This document shows positions 1 through 13,986 of a stretch of DNA of 64,000 nt, piece after piece; the stretch's first letter is position 1, and every line of letters starts with the position of its first letter. This stretch comes from the human T2T-CHM13v2.0 reference genome, Homo sapiens: the NCBI RefSeq assembly GCF_009914755.1, contig NC_060947.1; one strand, 5' to 3'. Under the pieces are notes generated by a model. The model made no database searches. It worked only from the letters and a program-made list of their open reading frames with translations, and was not told the DNA's origin. The translations under genes and the position numbers were made by a program.

Positions 1-929
1 CCCAGGCAACTGATTTTACTGTCAGCCTCACCTCTGTCTTTTTGGCGTGTTACTCAAAACTTCATCTTCTGCAGAAAATCAGGCTTTCATGGATGTTTTC
101 CTTCCAGAACCAGAAGTTTCCATCTTGTTTTCTTTTCTTTTTTTTTAGGTCTTCTGGTAGAACATTAAATTTATACTTAGACTAGGTTCTGGGCATTATG
201 AAATTGGTATCCATATTTTCCCAATTAATTAATTTCTCCAAGTAACTAGTCCTAATACAAAGTTGGAGGTTCATTTTTTCCCCTAGGGTATGCGTTTATG
301 ATTTGTAACTAGATACTGAGTATTAAAGGAAAATATAATTTGTTCTCCAAGTTTATATTATTGCTATGTTTACAATTTTTAAACAAAACCACAAATAGGT
401 CACTAATATAGAAATGATTAAGACACCATGGTTATTAAAAATTATAAAGTAATGCTTTATCATGTGGACATTCTGGATTAGATTACTGAGATGAGATATC
501 TTTCCATTACCTTACTTTATTGATGAGGACTCTAGGATCTGTCTCCCATCTTGTTTTTTCAATAGCCTTTTAACTCTGAAAGTAATTCCACTCTGCTTTC
601 ACTATGACTCTGGACATCGGCTGTGATTGAGATGGGGCCATGGAAGTGTCAGCTTGTAACATGGTTCACCTGCAGGGGAAGGCGTAAAGGATCAGGGAAT
701 AAGGGCAAGGGGCAAAGGGCCAGGGGCAAGGATGGGGGCCAAGCATGCAGTGAGTAAATTCAGTCCTCTCCAGGTAGGCTGGGCTAGAAGTGGCAGCTGC
801 TGGCAACAGCTGGTGGTTAGTCAGTCACGCTGGTGTCCCCTCAGATCCCTAGCTGAGTCAACCGGTACTGCCGCCAGAGGACCTGCAGCCAAAGTGTCAG
901 GTGGAGGAGGTGAAGGAGGGGCAAGTGAT

Positions 930-2385
930 ACCCTGTTTACAACGTCTTTGGATATATATTCAGAAGTGGGGTTGCTGGACCATGTGGCAGTTTTGGTTTT
1001 ACTTTTTTGATAAATTTCCATTCTATTTTCCATGGTGTCTTCACCAATTGTATTCCCACCAACATTGTATAAGAGTTTGCTTTTCTTCACATCTTTGCCA
1101 ACATTTTTTATCTTTATTTTTGGATAAAGGCCATCCTAACAGATGTGAGGTAACATCTCATTGTGATTTTGATTTTCATTTCTCTGAAGATTAGAGTTGT
1201 TGAATATCTTTTCATATATCTCTTGGCTATTGGTTTATCTTCTTTGGAGCAATGTATCTTTATTTCTTTTGCCCACTTTTTAATAGAATATTTTTGTGTG
1301 TATGTGTGGTTGATTTGAAAGAGTTTCTCTTTTGTTTTGGATATTAACTCTTTATCAGATATAATATATTGTTTACAAATAGCTTCTCTCATTACTTAGG
1401 TTGCCTTTTCATTTTGTTGGTTGGTTGCTTGCTTTGCAGAAGCTTTTTAGATTGACATATTCCTACTTGTCTATTTTTGCTTTTGTTGTGTGTGCTTTTG
1501 GTGTCATATTCAAGACATCATTGCCAAGACCAATGCCCAGAAGTTTTTTTCTTTATCTCGTTTCTAGGAGTTTTACAGTTTCAAGCCTTACATTTAAGTC
1601 TTTTATTAATTTTGGATTTATTTTTGTGTATGGTGTGAGATAATGGTCCAAGTTCATTCTTTTGCATATGGATATCTAGTTGTTTCAACATCATTTATTG
1701 AAGAGACTATCATTTCTCCATTGTGTATTCTTGGCATCAGTTGATCATATTTCTGTGGATTTATTTCTGGGTTCTCTAATTTGTTCCATTCATCTATGTC
1801 TCTATTTTTACATCAATATTATACTGTTTTGATTATTGTACCTTTATAACATATATTAAAATCCAGAGGTATGATGCTTCCAGCTTTATTCTTGCTCAAA
1901 ATTGCTTTGGTTATATGCAGCCAAAATATTTTGTGGTCCTTTGTGGTTCCATATAAATTTTAATTCTTTTCTATTTATGAAAAAACATTATTGGAATTTT
2001 TGATATGATTGCATTAAATTTGTAGACTACTTTGGCTAGTACTGTCATCTTAATATTAAGTCTTACAATGCACGAATATACAATATCTTTTCATTTGTTT
2101 AAGTCTTTTTACATTTCTTTTGACAATGTTTGGTAGTTTCCATTGTACATTTCTTTTGCCTTCCTGGTTAAGTTAACTTCTAACTATTTTATTCGACTTG
2201 ATGTTATTGTGAATAAAATTATTTTTAAAAATTTTCTTTCAGGATCTTTCATTGTTAGTGTATAGAAATGTAATTGATTTTTGTTGTTTATATTGTAGCC
2301 TACCTGTTTATTGAATTGCCCTACTAGTTCTAACAGGTTTTTCTTTCTAAAATCTTTGTTTTCTACATAAAAAAACATATCATCT
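930..2385 (-). mobile_element. Old LINE-1 (L1M-type) ORF2 3' fragment
   Basis: Minus-strand translations resemble decayed ORF2 (SDKELISK, IKKWAKE, REMKIKITMRCYLTSVRMA; ENTIGEDTMENRMEI). Ends where a younger + strand L1 begins at about 2388. Confidence 0.85.
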
Positions 2386-3039
2386 GAGGAGGCAGAGTAA
2401 GATGGCAGAAGAGAAGGCTCCCCAATAGTCCCCCAACACAAAGACATGAATTCAACAACTACCTACACAAAACAGGACCTTCATAAGAGCAAAAAATTAG
2501 GTACTTGTCATACCTGGATTTAACTTTATATTGCTGAAAGAGGCTCTGAAGACGTAGAAAAAGCAGACCTGCATCACCAAAACCACCCCTCTCCCATCCT
2601 CCAGCAGTGGTGATATGGCACAGAGAAAGAATCTGAGCTGTTGGAGGAGGGAGAGTGCAGCAATTCTTAGACATTGCATTGAATTCGGTGCTGCTCTGTT
2701 ATAGCAGAAAGCAAAAATGGAACTAACTCTGCTGACACCTGCTCAATGAAGAGAGCATTTAAAACAGCCCTAGTGGTTGGAGCTTGAGTTCCCACAAGCC
2801 TCACCACTGCAGGGTAAAGTACTCTGGGACCTCAAATAAATGTAAAAAGCAGTCTAGGCCACAAGGAATATAAATCATAGGTGTGTACTAGGGCCAAACT
2901 GAGTGCAGAGCCAGGAAATTACCAAGAATGCAACCTACTGAGATACCAGCCAAGGCAGCTAGGGAGTGCTGATGCCACATCTCTTCTAAACCTAGGATGC
3001 ACAACTCATAGCTCCAAAAGAGAACCCTTCCTTCTGCTT

Positions 3040-4150
3040 GAGGGGAGAAGAAGAATGACTGGGGAAGACTTTGCCTTGTATATCAGATACCAGCTCAGCC
3101 ACAGCAGGATAGGGCAACAGTCAGACTCATGAGAACCCCATACAAGGTCCCAGCTCCTGGATAACATTTCTAGACACACCCTGGGCCAGAAGAAAACCTG
3201 TTGCCTTAAGGGGAAGGACCAATTTCTGGCAGGACTGACCACTGGCTAATTAAAGAGCCCTTGGGTCTTGACTAACCAGCAGTGATACCCAAAGGGTAAT
3301 TCATGGGACTTGGGTAAGACCCTTAAACTTGTTGGCATTAGGTAAAACTCAGCACATTCCCACCTGTGATGGTGATGGGAAGAGGGCCCCTCTGTTTGAG
3401 AAAAGTAGAGGGAAAAGTGAAGGGGTCTTTGTCTTGCACCTTATGTACCAGTTTGGCCACAGGGGATAGAGCACCAAGCAGGATCTTGGGGTCCACAATG
3501 CCAGTCTTTGGCTCTTGGGTGGCATTTTTGAGCCTGCCCTGGGCCAGGGGGGAGCCCAGAGCCTTGAAGGGTGAGTTCTAGGCCAGGCAGCATTCACCAC
3601 AAGCTGACTGAAATGCCCTTAGGACTTAAGGGAACATTAGCAATAGTCTGGCAGTAATCCTGTGGGCCTGTAGTGATGGCCACAGAGTGAGGCTCCACTG
3701 ACTCTAGAAAAAGAAAGGAAGAGTGAGAAGGACTGCACTTTGTGGATTGAGTCGCACTCAGCCACAGTAAAATAGAACACCAGAGAGCCTTCTAAAGATT
3801 TTGACTGTAGTCGCTGGCTCCTAAATGACACTGCTGGGCCAACTCAGGGACTAGGCTAAAGAGGACACCTTGAAGGAAAAGACACAAGCCTGGCTGGCTT
3901 TATAACCTGCTGATTGTAGAGCCACAGGGCTTTGAGTGAACATGGGCAATAGCCAGGGAATAGTTAAAGCAGGCCTTGAGTGAGGCCCAGTGTTATGCTG
4001 GCATCGGTCTGACTCAGCATAATCCTAGTAGTGGTGGCCACAGGAGTACTTGTGTCACTCTACCCCAAGCTCCACGTGGCTCAGAACAGAGAGACACAGG
4101 CTCCATTTGTTTGGGGGAAATTAAGGGAAGATAACATAAGTCTTTGTTTG
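3040..4150 (+). repeat. Degenerate tandem monomers (about 310-400 bp) in the L1 5'UTR
   Basis: The motif GGGAAGAC/GGTCTTTG.CTTG...CCAG.T.AGCCACAG...ATAG recurs at about 3060, 3420 and 3725, with a partial copy at about 4125. Confidence 0.65.
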
Positions 4151-7100
4151 GTAATCCAGAGAATTCTCCTGGATCTTGTCTAAGACCATCAAGATGGTAC
4201 CACTAGTCATTAAGACCCACAGTGTTACTGAACTTAGGTGCACCCTAATGCAGATACAGCTTAGATCATAACATCCAAGTTTTTTCAGATATCTGGAAAG
4301 CCTTCAACAAAAGGACAGGCACAAACAAGCCCAGAGTGTGAACACTAAAATAAACACATAGCTCTTCAATGACCAGTGCAGACAAATGTCTACAAGTATC
4401 AAGACCATCCAGAAAAACATGGCATCACCAAATGAAATAAATACGGCACCAGGGACCAATTCTAGAGAAACAGAGATATGTGACCTTTTAGACAGAAAAT
4501 TCAAAATAGTTGTGTTGAGGAAACTCAAAGAAATTTAAGATAACACAGAGAAGAAATTCAGAATTCTATCAGATAAATTTAACAAAGTGATCAAATAATT
4601 ACAAAGAATTAAGCAGAAATTCTGGGAGTGAAAATGCAATTGCTACACTGAAGAATGCATTAGACTCCTTTAATAGCTCAATGGATGAAGGAGAAGAAAG
4701 ACCTAATGAGCTTGAAGAAGACTATTGGAAAATATACAGCCAGAGGATACAAAAGAAAAAGGAATTTTAAAAATGAAGCATGCCTGTAGAATATAGAAAA
4801 TAGCCTCAGGAGAGCAAATCTAAGAGTTACTGGCCTTAAAAAGGACATAGAGAAAGAGATAGGGTTAGAAAGTGTATTCCAAGTAATATTATTAGAGAAC
4901 TTTCCAAGCCTGGAGAAAGGTATCAATATCCAAGTTCAGGAAGGTTATAGAACACCAAGCAGATTTAAGCCAAAGAAGACTACCTCAAGGCATTTAATCA
5001 AACTCCCAAAAGTCAAGGATAAAGAAAGGATCCTAAAAGAAGCAAAAGAAAATAAGCCAATAACATACAATGGAGCTTCAATACATTTGATAGCAGACTT
5101 TACAATGGAAACTTTACAGGCTAGGAGAAAATGGCATGGTATATTTAAAGTGCCAGAAAAAACCCTCTTATGCTAGAAGAGCATATTTAGCAAAAATATC
5201 CTTCAAACATGAGAGAGAAATAAGGACTTTTCCAGACAAACAAAAGCTGAGGAATTTTATCAACACCAGGCCCATTCTATAAAAAATGCCAAAGGGAGTA
5301 CTTCAATTAGAAAAAAAGGACATGAATAAACAATAAGAAATAATCTGATTGAACAAAACTCATGCATAATAGCAAGTGCACAGAAACACAAATAATATTA
5401 TAACACCATAACTGTGGTGTCTAAACAACTCTTAAGTAGAAAGACTAAATGATAAATGAATGAAAATAATAAATAAAACTTTTTACAACATAGTACAATA
5501 ACATATAAAAAATAAAAAAAGCTGGGAAATGAAATAAAAATGTAAAATGTTTATGTTTTCTTTTTGCTTGTTTGTTGGTTTGTTTATACCAACATGTTAT
5601 TATCGGCTTAAAATAATGGAAAAACAAAATGATATTTGAAGGCCTCATGGTAACATCATATATACAATAAAAAATAAAAAGCAAAAAATTAAGTCATATT
5701 ACTAGAAGAAATTACTTTTAATAAAGAAAGAAAGGAAGGAAGAAAAGTAGGAAGAGAAGACCAAAAACAACCAGAAAACAAATAACAAAATAGTAGGAGT
5801 AAGTCCTTACTTATCAGTAATAACATTGATTATAAATGGACTAAATTTTTAAATCAAAAGACAAAGGGTGGCTGAATGGATAAAAAAGCAAGACCCAATG
5901 ATCTATTTTCAACAAAAACACTCTATACATATAAAGACACACATAGACTGAAAATAAAGGGTTAGAAAATGATCTTCTATGTCAATGGAAAACAAAAAAG
6001 AGGAGTAGTTACATGAGAGAAAAGAATTTTAAGACAAAAACCATAAGAAGAGACAAAGTAGTCACCATATAATGATAAATGCATCAATTTAGCAAGAGGA
6101 CATAACAATTTTAAATATATATGCACCCAACTGGAGCAACCAGATATATGAAGCAAATATTAGAGGTAAAGAGAAAGATAGACTCTAATAATAATAATAG
6201 CTGAAGAGTTTAACAACCCAATTACAGCATCGGACAGATATTTCAGATGAAAGTCATCAAAGAAACATCAAACTTAATGTGCACTTTAGATCAAATTGAT
6301 CGGATAGATATTTGGGGAACATTTCATTCAATGGCTACAGAATACACATTTTTTTTACACAGCACATGGATTATTCTGAAAGATAGATCATATGTTAGGT
6401 TACAAAATGAGACTTAAAACATTGAAAAATTTGAAATAATATCAAGCATCTTCTCTGACCACAATGAAAACTAGAAATCAATAATGAGAAATTTTGGAAA
6501 CTACACAAACATGTGGAAATTAAACGACATGCTTCTGAATGACCCGTGAGTCAACAAAAAAATTAATAATAAAATTGAAAATTTTCTTGAAACAAATGAT
6601 AATGGAAACACAACATACCAAAACCTATGAAATACAGCCAAAGCAGTACGAAGAGGAAAATGTATACCAATACGTGCCTACATCAAAAAGAAGAGAATCT
6701 TCATATAAACAACCTGATGATGCATCTTAAAGAACTAAAGAAGCAAGCACAAACCAAACCCATCATTAGTAGAAGAAAAGAAATAATAAATATTATAGGA
6801 GAAATAAATATATTTGTAATTAAAAATACAAAAAATCAATGGAACAAAATGTTGGTTTTCTAAAAATTTAAATAAAATTGACAAAACTTTAACCAGACTA
6901 AGAAGAGAGGATTCAAATAAATAAAATTAGAGATAAAAGTGGAGACATTATATCTGATACTGTAGAAATTCAGAGGATCATTAATTTCTATGATGTGCAA
7001 ATATATACCAATAAGTTGAAAAATCTAGAAGAAACGTACAAATTCCTACACACATGCAACTTATCAAGATTGAACCATAGAGAAATCTAAAACCTGAAAA

Positions 7101-8411
7101 GATAAAAAACATTTAACTAGATTGAGGCTGTTATGAAAAGCCCACCAGCCAAGAAGAGCTTGGGACCTGATGACTTAACTGCTGAATTCTACCAAACATT
7201 TAAAGAACTAATACCAATCTTACTCAAACTATTTTGAGAAATAAAGGAGGGAGGAATACTTTCAAACTCATTCTCTAAGGAAAGTATTACCCTACTACCA
7301 AAGCCAGACAATAATGGATCCAAGAAACAAAACTACAGGCCAGCCAATATTTCTGATAAATATTGATGCAAAAATCCTCAATAAAATACTAACAAATGAA
7401 ATTCAACAACACATTAAAAAGTTTATTCATCATTACCTAATGGGATTTATTCCAGGAATGCAAGGATTTTTCAACATATGTGAATCAATAAATGTGATAC
7501 ACCATATGAACCGAAAGAAGGACAAAAACCCTGTGATTATTTCAACAGATGTTGAGAAAGCATTTGATAAAATTCAATATCCCTTCTTGATAAAAATTCT
7601 GAAAAACTGGGTATAGAAGGAACATACCTCAACATAATAAAAGCCACACATGACAAATCCATAGGTAGTATCATACTGAATGCAGAAAAACTGAAAGCCT
7701 TTTCTCTAAATTGTGGAACATGACAAGGATAACCACTGTCACCACTGTTATTCAAGATAGTACTGGAAGTCTTTCCTAGAAAACTAGACAAGAGAAAGAA
7801 ATACAGGGCATCCAAATTGAAAAGGAAGAAGTCAAATTGTCTTTGTTTGCAGATGATGCAACCTTATATTCAGAGAAATCTAAATACTCCACCAAAAAAC
7901 CTTAGAATGAATGAATGCATTCAGTAAAGTTGCAAGATACAAAATCAACATACAAAAATCAGTAGCACTTGTATATACCAACAGTAAATAATCTGAAAAA
8001 GAAATCAAGAAAGCAATCCCATTAACAATACGTACAAAAAATAAAGTATACAAGAATCAACTTACCCAAAGAAAAGAGAGATCTCTGAAACAAAATCTAT
8101 AAAACACAGATGAAAGAAATTGAAGAGGACACTAAAAAGTGGAAAGATATTTTACATTCATGGATTGGAAGAATATTTTAAAATGTTCATACAACCCAAA
8201 GCATTAAATCTCTGGACTTAATGCAATGCCTGTCAAAATACTTATGACATTCTTCACAAAAATAGAAAAAGCAATCCTAAGATTCATATCAAACCACAAA
8301 GAGACAGAACAGCCAAAGCTATACTAAGCAAAAAGTATGAAACTTAAGGAATTGCATTATCTTACTTCAAATTATACTAAAGCACTTTAGTAACCATAAT
8401 GGCATGGTACT

Positions 8412-10728
8412 TGATATGGTTTGGTTGTGTCCCCATGAAAATCTCATCTTGAATTGTAACTCCCACAATTCCCACATGTTTGGGAGGGACCCGGTGGGAG
8501 GTCATTGAATCATGGGTTGTGGTTCTTTCCCCTGCTATTCTCATGATAGTGAATAAGTCTCACGAGATGTGATGGTTTTATAAAGGAAAGTTTCCCTGCA
8601 CAAGTTCTCTCCTTTGTCTCCTGCCATGTGAGACATGCCTTTCACTTTGTGCCATGATTGTGAGGCCTACCCAGCCATGTGGAACTATGAGTCCATTAAA
8701 CCTCTTTCTTTTGTAAATTGCCCAGTCTCACGTATGTCTGCATCAGCAGTGTGAAAATGGACTAATACAGTAAATTTGTACCAGGAGTGAGGCACTGCTG
8801 AAAAGATACCTGAAAATGTGGAAGTGACTTTGGAACTGGGTAACAGAGAGGCTGGAAGAGTTTGGAGGGCTCAGAAGAAGAAAGGAAAATGTGGAAAAGT
8901 TTGGAACCCCCTAGAGACTTGTGAATGGCTTTGACCAAAATGCTGATAATGATATGGACAATGAAATCCAGGCTGAGGTGGTCTCAGATGGAGATAAGAA
9001 ACTTGTGAGAACTGAAGCAAAGTTGACTCTTGTTATGTTTTAACAAAGAGACTGGCAGCATTTTGCTTCTGTCCTAGAGATTTGTGAAACTTTGAACTTG
9101 AGAGAGATGATTTAGGGTATCTGGCAGAAGAAATTTCTAAGCAGCAAAGCATTGAAGAGGTGACTTGGGTACTATTAAAGGCATTCAGTTTTAAAAGAGA
9201 AACAGAGCATAAAAGTTTGGAAAATTTGCAGCCTGACAATGTGATAGAAAAGAAAATCCCATTTTCTGAGGAGAAATTCAAGCCAGCTGCAGAAACTTGC
9301 ATAAGTGGTGAGAAGCCAAATGCTAATCACCAAGACAATGGGGAAAATGTCTCCAGCGCATGTCAGAGACCTTTGCAGCATTCCCTCCCATTACAGACAT
9401 GGAGGCCTACAAGAAAAAAAAATGGTTTTGTGGGCCAGACCCAGTGTTGCTCTGCTGTTTGAACTCTAGGGCCTTGGTGCCCTGCACTCCAGCTTCTCCA
9501 GTCATGACTAAAGGGGGCCAAGCGACATCTCAGGCCATGGATTCAGAAGGTGTGAGTCCCAAGCCTTAACAGCTTTCACATGGTGTTGAGCCCGTGGGTG
9601 TACAGAAGTCAGGAACTGAAGTTTGGAAACCTCTGCCTAGATTTCAGAGGATGTATGGAAATGCATGAATGTCCAGGCAGAAGTTTGCTGTAGGGGTGGA
9701 GTGCTCATGGAGGACCTCTGCTAGGACGGTCCAGAAGGGAAATGTGGTATGGGCACTCCCACACAGAGTCCCCACTGGGGCGTTGCTGAGTGGAGCTGTG
9801 ATAAGAGGGCCACCATTCTCCAGACCCCAGAATGGTAGATCCACCAACAGCTTGCACTGTGTGCCTTGAAAAGCCACAGACACTCAATGCCAGCCTGTGA
9901 AAGCTGCTGGGAGGGAGGCTGTACCCTGCAAAGCCAGAGTGGCAGAACTGCCTAAGACCATGGGAACCCAGCTCTTGCATCTGGATGTGAGACATGGAGT
10001 CAAAGGAGATCATTTTGGAGCTTTAAGATTTGACTGCTCCACTGGATTTTGGACTTGCATGGGGCCATTAGCCCCTTTGTTTTGGCCAATTTCTCATTAG
10101 AATTTCCATTTGGAATGGGTGTATTTATCCAATGCCTCTACCCTCATTGTATCTAGGAAGTAACTAACTTTCTCTTGATTTTATTGGCACATAGGCAGAA
10201 GGGACTTGTCTTGTCTCAGATGAGACTTTGGACTGTGGGCTTTTCAGTTAATGCTAAAATGAGTTAAGATTTTCGGGGACTGTTGGGAAGGAATGATTGG
10301 TTTTGAATTGTGAGGACATGAGATTTGGGAAGGGCAATGGGCAGAGTGATATGATTTGGCTGTATCCCCAAACAAATCTCATCACGAAATGTAGCTTCCA
10401 CAATTTCCACATGTTTGGGAGAGATCCCAATTGAATCATGGGGTGGGTCTTTCCCATGCTAGTCTTGTGATAGTGAATAAGTCTCATGAGATGTCATGGT
10501 TTTATAAAGGGAAGTTTCCCTGCCCAAGTTCTCTTCTCTTGTCAGCTGCCATGTGAGACATGACTTTCACCTTCCATCATGATTGTGAGGCCTACCCAGC
10601 CACGTGGAACTGAGTGCTGAGTCCACGTGGAACTGAGTTTAATGCAACATGAGTCCATTAAACCTCTTTATTTTGTAAATTGCCCAGTCTCAGGTATGTC
10701 TTTATCAGCATGAAAATGGACTAATAGA
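8412..10728 (+). mobile_element. Complete THE1 (ERVL-MaLR): 5' LTR 8412-8769, internal 8770-10346, 3' LTR 10347-10728
   Basis: Both LTRs begin TGATATG and end GACTAATA(C/G)A. Typical THE1-int sequence. Perfect 5-bp TSD GTACT at 8407-8411 and 10729-10733, and the host L1 (GCATGGTACTGGCATAA) resumes in register. Confidence 0.95.
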
Positions 10729-12229
10729 GTACTGGCATAAAAAGAAACACACAAACCAGTGCACCAAAATAGAGAATCCAGATGTCAATCCATACATCTA
10801 CAGTGAACACATTTTTGACACAGCTTCCATGAACATACATTGGGGAAAGAAGAGTTTCCTCAATAAGTGGTGCTGGGAAAACTAGATATTTATATGTGGA
10901 ATAATAAAACTAGACCCTTATGTTTCACTATATACAAAAATCAAATATAAAACCTCAGACTTTGAAACAACTACAAGAAAACTTTGGGGAAACTCTCCAG
11001 GAGATTGATCTGGGTGACAATTTACTGAGTAATACTCTACAAACACAGGCAACCAAAGCAAAAATAGACAAATGGAATTACATCAAGTTAAATTATATCA
11101 AGTTAAATGGACACAGCAAAGGAAAAAAATCAACAAAGTGAAGGGGCAACCCACAGAATGGGAGAAAATATTTGCAAACTACCTATCTGACAAGGGATTA
11201 GTAAGCAGAATATAAAAAGAGCTCAAACAACTCTATAGGAAAATCATCTAATAATCTGATTAAAAATGGGCAAAATATTTGCATAGACATTTCTCGAAGA
11301 AAGACAAACAAATGAAAAACAGACATATAAGAAGGTGTTCAACATCATTGATCATCAGAGAAATGTAAATCAAAACTACAATGACATCTCATCTCACCCC
11401 AGTTAAAATGGCTTTTATCCAAAAGACAGGGAATAACAAATACTGGTGAGGATGCGGAGAAAAGGAAACTTGTATATACTGCCTTATTTACCTGTTGCTG
11501 GGAATGTAAGTTAGTATAACCACTATGAAAAACAGTTTGGAGATTCCTCAAATACTAAAAATAGAACTAGCATATAATCTAGAGCTCCCACTCTTAAGTA
11601 TATACCCCAAAATAAGAAAATCAACATTTCAAAGAGATATCTGCACTCTCACGTTTATTTCAGCATTATTCACAATAGCCAAGGTTTGAAAACAACTTAA
11701 GTGTCTGTCAACAGATGAATGGATAAAGAAAATGTCACACTTATACAAAATGGAGCACTATTCAGCCATAAAACAAATGAGATCCCGTCATTTGCAACAA
11801 CATTGACAGTACTGGGATTCATTATGCTAAGTAAAATTAACCAGGAGCAGGAAGACAAATACATGTTTTCACTTATCTGTAGGAGCTAATAATCAAATCA
11901 ATTTAACTCATGGAGATAGAAAGTAAAGGTATGGTTACCAGAGGCTGGGAAGGGTAGTGGGAGGGCAGGGATAGGTAGCAATAGTTAATGGCCACAAAAT
12001 AAAATAGTAAGAAAGAATAAATAAGACATAGTATTTGATAGCACAACAGGGTTATTTTTGTCAGTAATTATTTAATTGTTCCTTTTAAAATAACTAAAAT
12101 AGTATAATTGGATTGTTTGTAACAAAGGATAAATGTTTAAGGCTTTGGATGTCCAACTTTCCAGGATGTGATTATTACATTGTATTCTTGTACCAAAATA
12201 TCTCATGTACCTCATAAGTATATACACCG

Positions 12230-13985
12230 ACCACAGCTTTGGCTGATGAGAGTGGTACTTGCTTCTGTCTCATGCTCCAATCCTCACAGGGTTCTCTTAC
12301 CCAATTCAACTGTGGCAGCCAATTGGGATAATCAGTCACTAACGGCCAACTGCATCTAGTCTGTAACACGGAGCCAGGCCAGCAGAGACATTGCCCAGCT
12401 TAATACCAAGCCTTTCTGGCAACTCTCTTCCTGCTCAGGTCCCAAGGGGGGAAACCCAGTTCCTTTGCCGGTGTCTGGAGCCCACACTATATTTATTTCT
12501 CAGTTCTGATTGTGGGATATATCCTTTTCACTACTCAAGCCCTAATTCCCTAATCCTAAGCCCAAGTCTCCAATGCCAATGCTAGTGCCACCCCTAGATT
12601 CCTGGATCATAAACAGCTTGTTAAGAGCTGGGGTCAAGAATGACATCTTTCAGTAGTTGGCCTTGGTCTGAAGTAGTGTGTGGAACATTACATGGAGCAG
12701 TTTCTTCTCACAGTCTCCTGGCCACTCTCTAAGTTAGTTTAGAAATTAAAAGGGTCAAGGTACTCTCCTGTGGCTTGAATTGTACAATTCCCAAGTGGTA
12801 AAGTGAACTACAGAAAATAACTCAGTTACCCTCTTCATATTGTAAATTTACTCCTAGTTTTCAGCCAGTCCTAGCCTCAGGTGTTGCCCATTTTCCTTCT
12901 CCATCCAAAATTTGGGCTTTCCTTTTACTTATCTGTTGAACTCCCACATTCCCTTTTGGATAATATATTCAAAGTGTAATTGTCTACACATTCTTTTGGT
13001 CCTTATAAGTGTATGAGATATGCTGGAAATGCTTCCAGTCAGTCATATTGGAAGAAAAAATGGAATTTTAAATTTCAGTTGCAAAAATTTCTAATTCTAG
13101 AATATCTTTTTGATTCATTTAAAGTAGTATCTATATATTTATTTTAATATTTTATATTTAGTGAGACAATCATCTTATTTTAATTATTTAAACACAATTT
13201 TCTCTAGTTTTTTAAACATATTTATATGGCTGATTTTAAATATTTGACTACTATGTTCAATATCTGGATTCCATTAGGAATGTTTGCTGTTGACTGAATA
13301 TTTTACTGTATATGTGACATACTTTTCTCTTATATGCATGTCTCTTAATTTTTTGTTGAAAACTGGACATTGAGATCATATATTTTAACAACTCTGGTAT
13401 TGGATCCATTCTACCAGAGGATTTATTGTTGTTTTTTTAATTTTTATTCTTGTTGTTTTCTAGATGCTACTTATTTGTTTAGTGATTTTCCTGAACTAAT
13501 TCTGTGGATCCTGTATTTCTGCAGTACATAGCCACTGAGTTTCCTGTTAGCTGTTTTTAAATAACTAGTTTAAAGAATGGATTTATAGGTATCATCCCTA
13601 TTTTAGTGTAATTTAGTGGTCAATATGTCTAATATTAGTTATTGACTAATAATTAGTCAATAAGAGTTTCCTTGGGATGATATATTTCTTACTCTTTACC
13701 AAAGTTATCTTTATTTGAAGGGATGCCTTCAAATTTCAGGCAGTTTACATGTTATCCTGAGCTTTCACTTCCTATTTATGCAGGGCTTCAAGGTCAATCA
13801 AGGTAAATTACTTGAGCCCTCTCCTTTTACAGGTTTTTTTGTGAGCATACACTCATCTCTGTGCATGTGTGCAGGCTTCCAAATCTTCAAGATTATGTCG
13901 GAGCTTTTTGAAGTTATCTATGGTAGTTTACCAGTTTTCCTCTCTAGGTCTTTGGTGAAAATTTTCCTCCAAACTATTCTTTGCC
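12230..13985 (-). mobile_element. Ancient L1M 5'UTR/ORF1-region fragments
   Basis: The reverse complement of about 13020-13055 resembles an L1 5' start (CCAATATGACTGACTGGAAGCA). T-rich, L1MC/ME-like tract (AAACTGGACATT..., TTTGTTTAGTGA...CTGAACTAATT). Heavily decayed. Confidence 0.5.
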
Positions 13986-13986
13986 T

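Larger units (their letters stand above)
2386..12228 (+). mobile_element. Near full-length decayed LINE-1, L1MA2/3-like, interrupted by THE1
   Basis: Starts GAGGAGGCAGAGTAAGATGGC. Monomeric 5'UTR, ORF1 remnants at about 4400-5350, ORF2 remnants ([28 protein letters not shown]), L1MA-type 3'UTR (GGTTACCAGAGGCTGGGAAGGGTAGTGG...ATCTCATGTACC). Many stops and frameshifts; no poly(A). Confidence 0.9.

Noticed and set aside
9033-10100. Cluster of short overlapping ORFs
   Set aside because: Decayed THE1 internal sequence.
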